Part shown: piece after piece, positions 63,951-64,000 of the stretch
Layout: each line of letters starts with the position of its first letter
Position numbering within the stretch: position 1 is the first letter of the stretch
The notes under the pieces: model-generated
What the model was told of the DNA's origin: nothing
Seen by the model: only the letters and a program-made list of their open reading frames with translations
Database searches by the model: none
Translations under genes and position numbers: made by a program
DNA from: a virus
Lineage: Duplodnaviria; Heunggongvirae; Uroviricota; Caudoviricetes
Length of the DNA stretch: 64,000 nucleotides
Strand: one strand, 5' to 3'
Virus record (IMG/VR): IMGVR_UViG_3300046492_000163
Coordinates: 1 to 64,000 of that record

Positions 63951-64000
63951 TCTTCCACCTTAATATCCTGACAGTTCTTCGTACTTGTCGAATACAGCCT

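Overview
This window appears to be a large segment of a tailed double-stranded DNA phage, or phage-plasmid, on a mosaic backbone. All assignments below come from motif-level reading of the six-frame translations, not from database searches.

Main regions, in order:
- 1-12.6 kb, + strand: a textbook lambda-type tail-tip module (tape measure H, truncated at the window edge, then M, L, K, I and a 2428-aa J-like central fibre with internal repeats).
- 12.6-19.7 kb: a lipoprotein gene downstream of J, three tandem side-tail-fibre (Stf-like) paralogues joined by TAATG overlaps, accessory tail genes and a 668-aa fibre with an internal duplication.
- 19.7-21.4 kb: a lysis cassette (SleB-type endolysin, holin, overlapped i/o-spanins).
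- 21.4-23.2 kb, - strand: a moron cluster with a HicA-like toxin pair and four small membrane proteins.
- 23.5-27.5 kb: an operon ending in an SPFH/flotillin-like protein preceded by two tiny membrane ORFs.
- 28-33 kb: a plasmid-type maintenance region. It holds a winged-HTH protein gene, a convergent ParA plus RHH-ParG partition operon flanked by centromere-like palindromic repeats, about 1.6 kb of repeat-rich non-coding DNA with three tandem terminators, two clusters of ACAGGGGG(G)T iteron-like repeats (one with perfect 23-bp phasing), and an MvaT/MvaU-family (H-NS-like) gene.
- 33-42 kb and 43-47.7 kb, + strand: small early-type genes punctuated by a CTGTA-N7-TACAG operator-like palindrome (4 copies). 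They are separated by a 1-kb AT-rich, palindrome-dense non-coding region containing a dif-like 28-mer, 2.4 kb upstream of a XerC-like recombinase gene.
- 47.7-64 kb, - strand: many small ORFs plus nucleotide-metabolism genes (lambda-type Ser/Thr phosphatase, class I RNR nrdA/nrdB, thyX, MazG-like, metallophosphoesterase, FEN-type 5'-3' exonuclease).

The MvaT signature and the SleB-type lysin suggest a Pseudomonas-like host; this is inference only. No rRNA, tRNA or CRISPR arrays were found.
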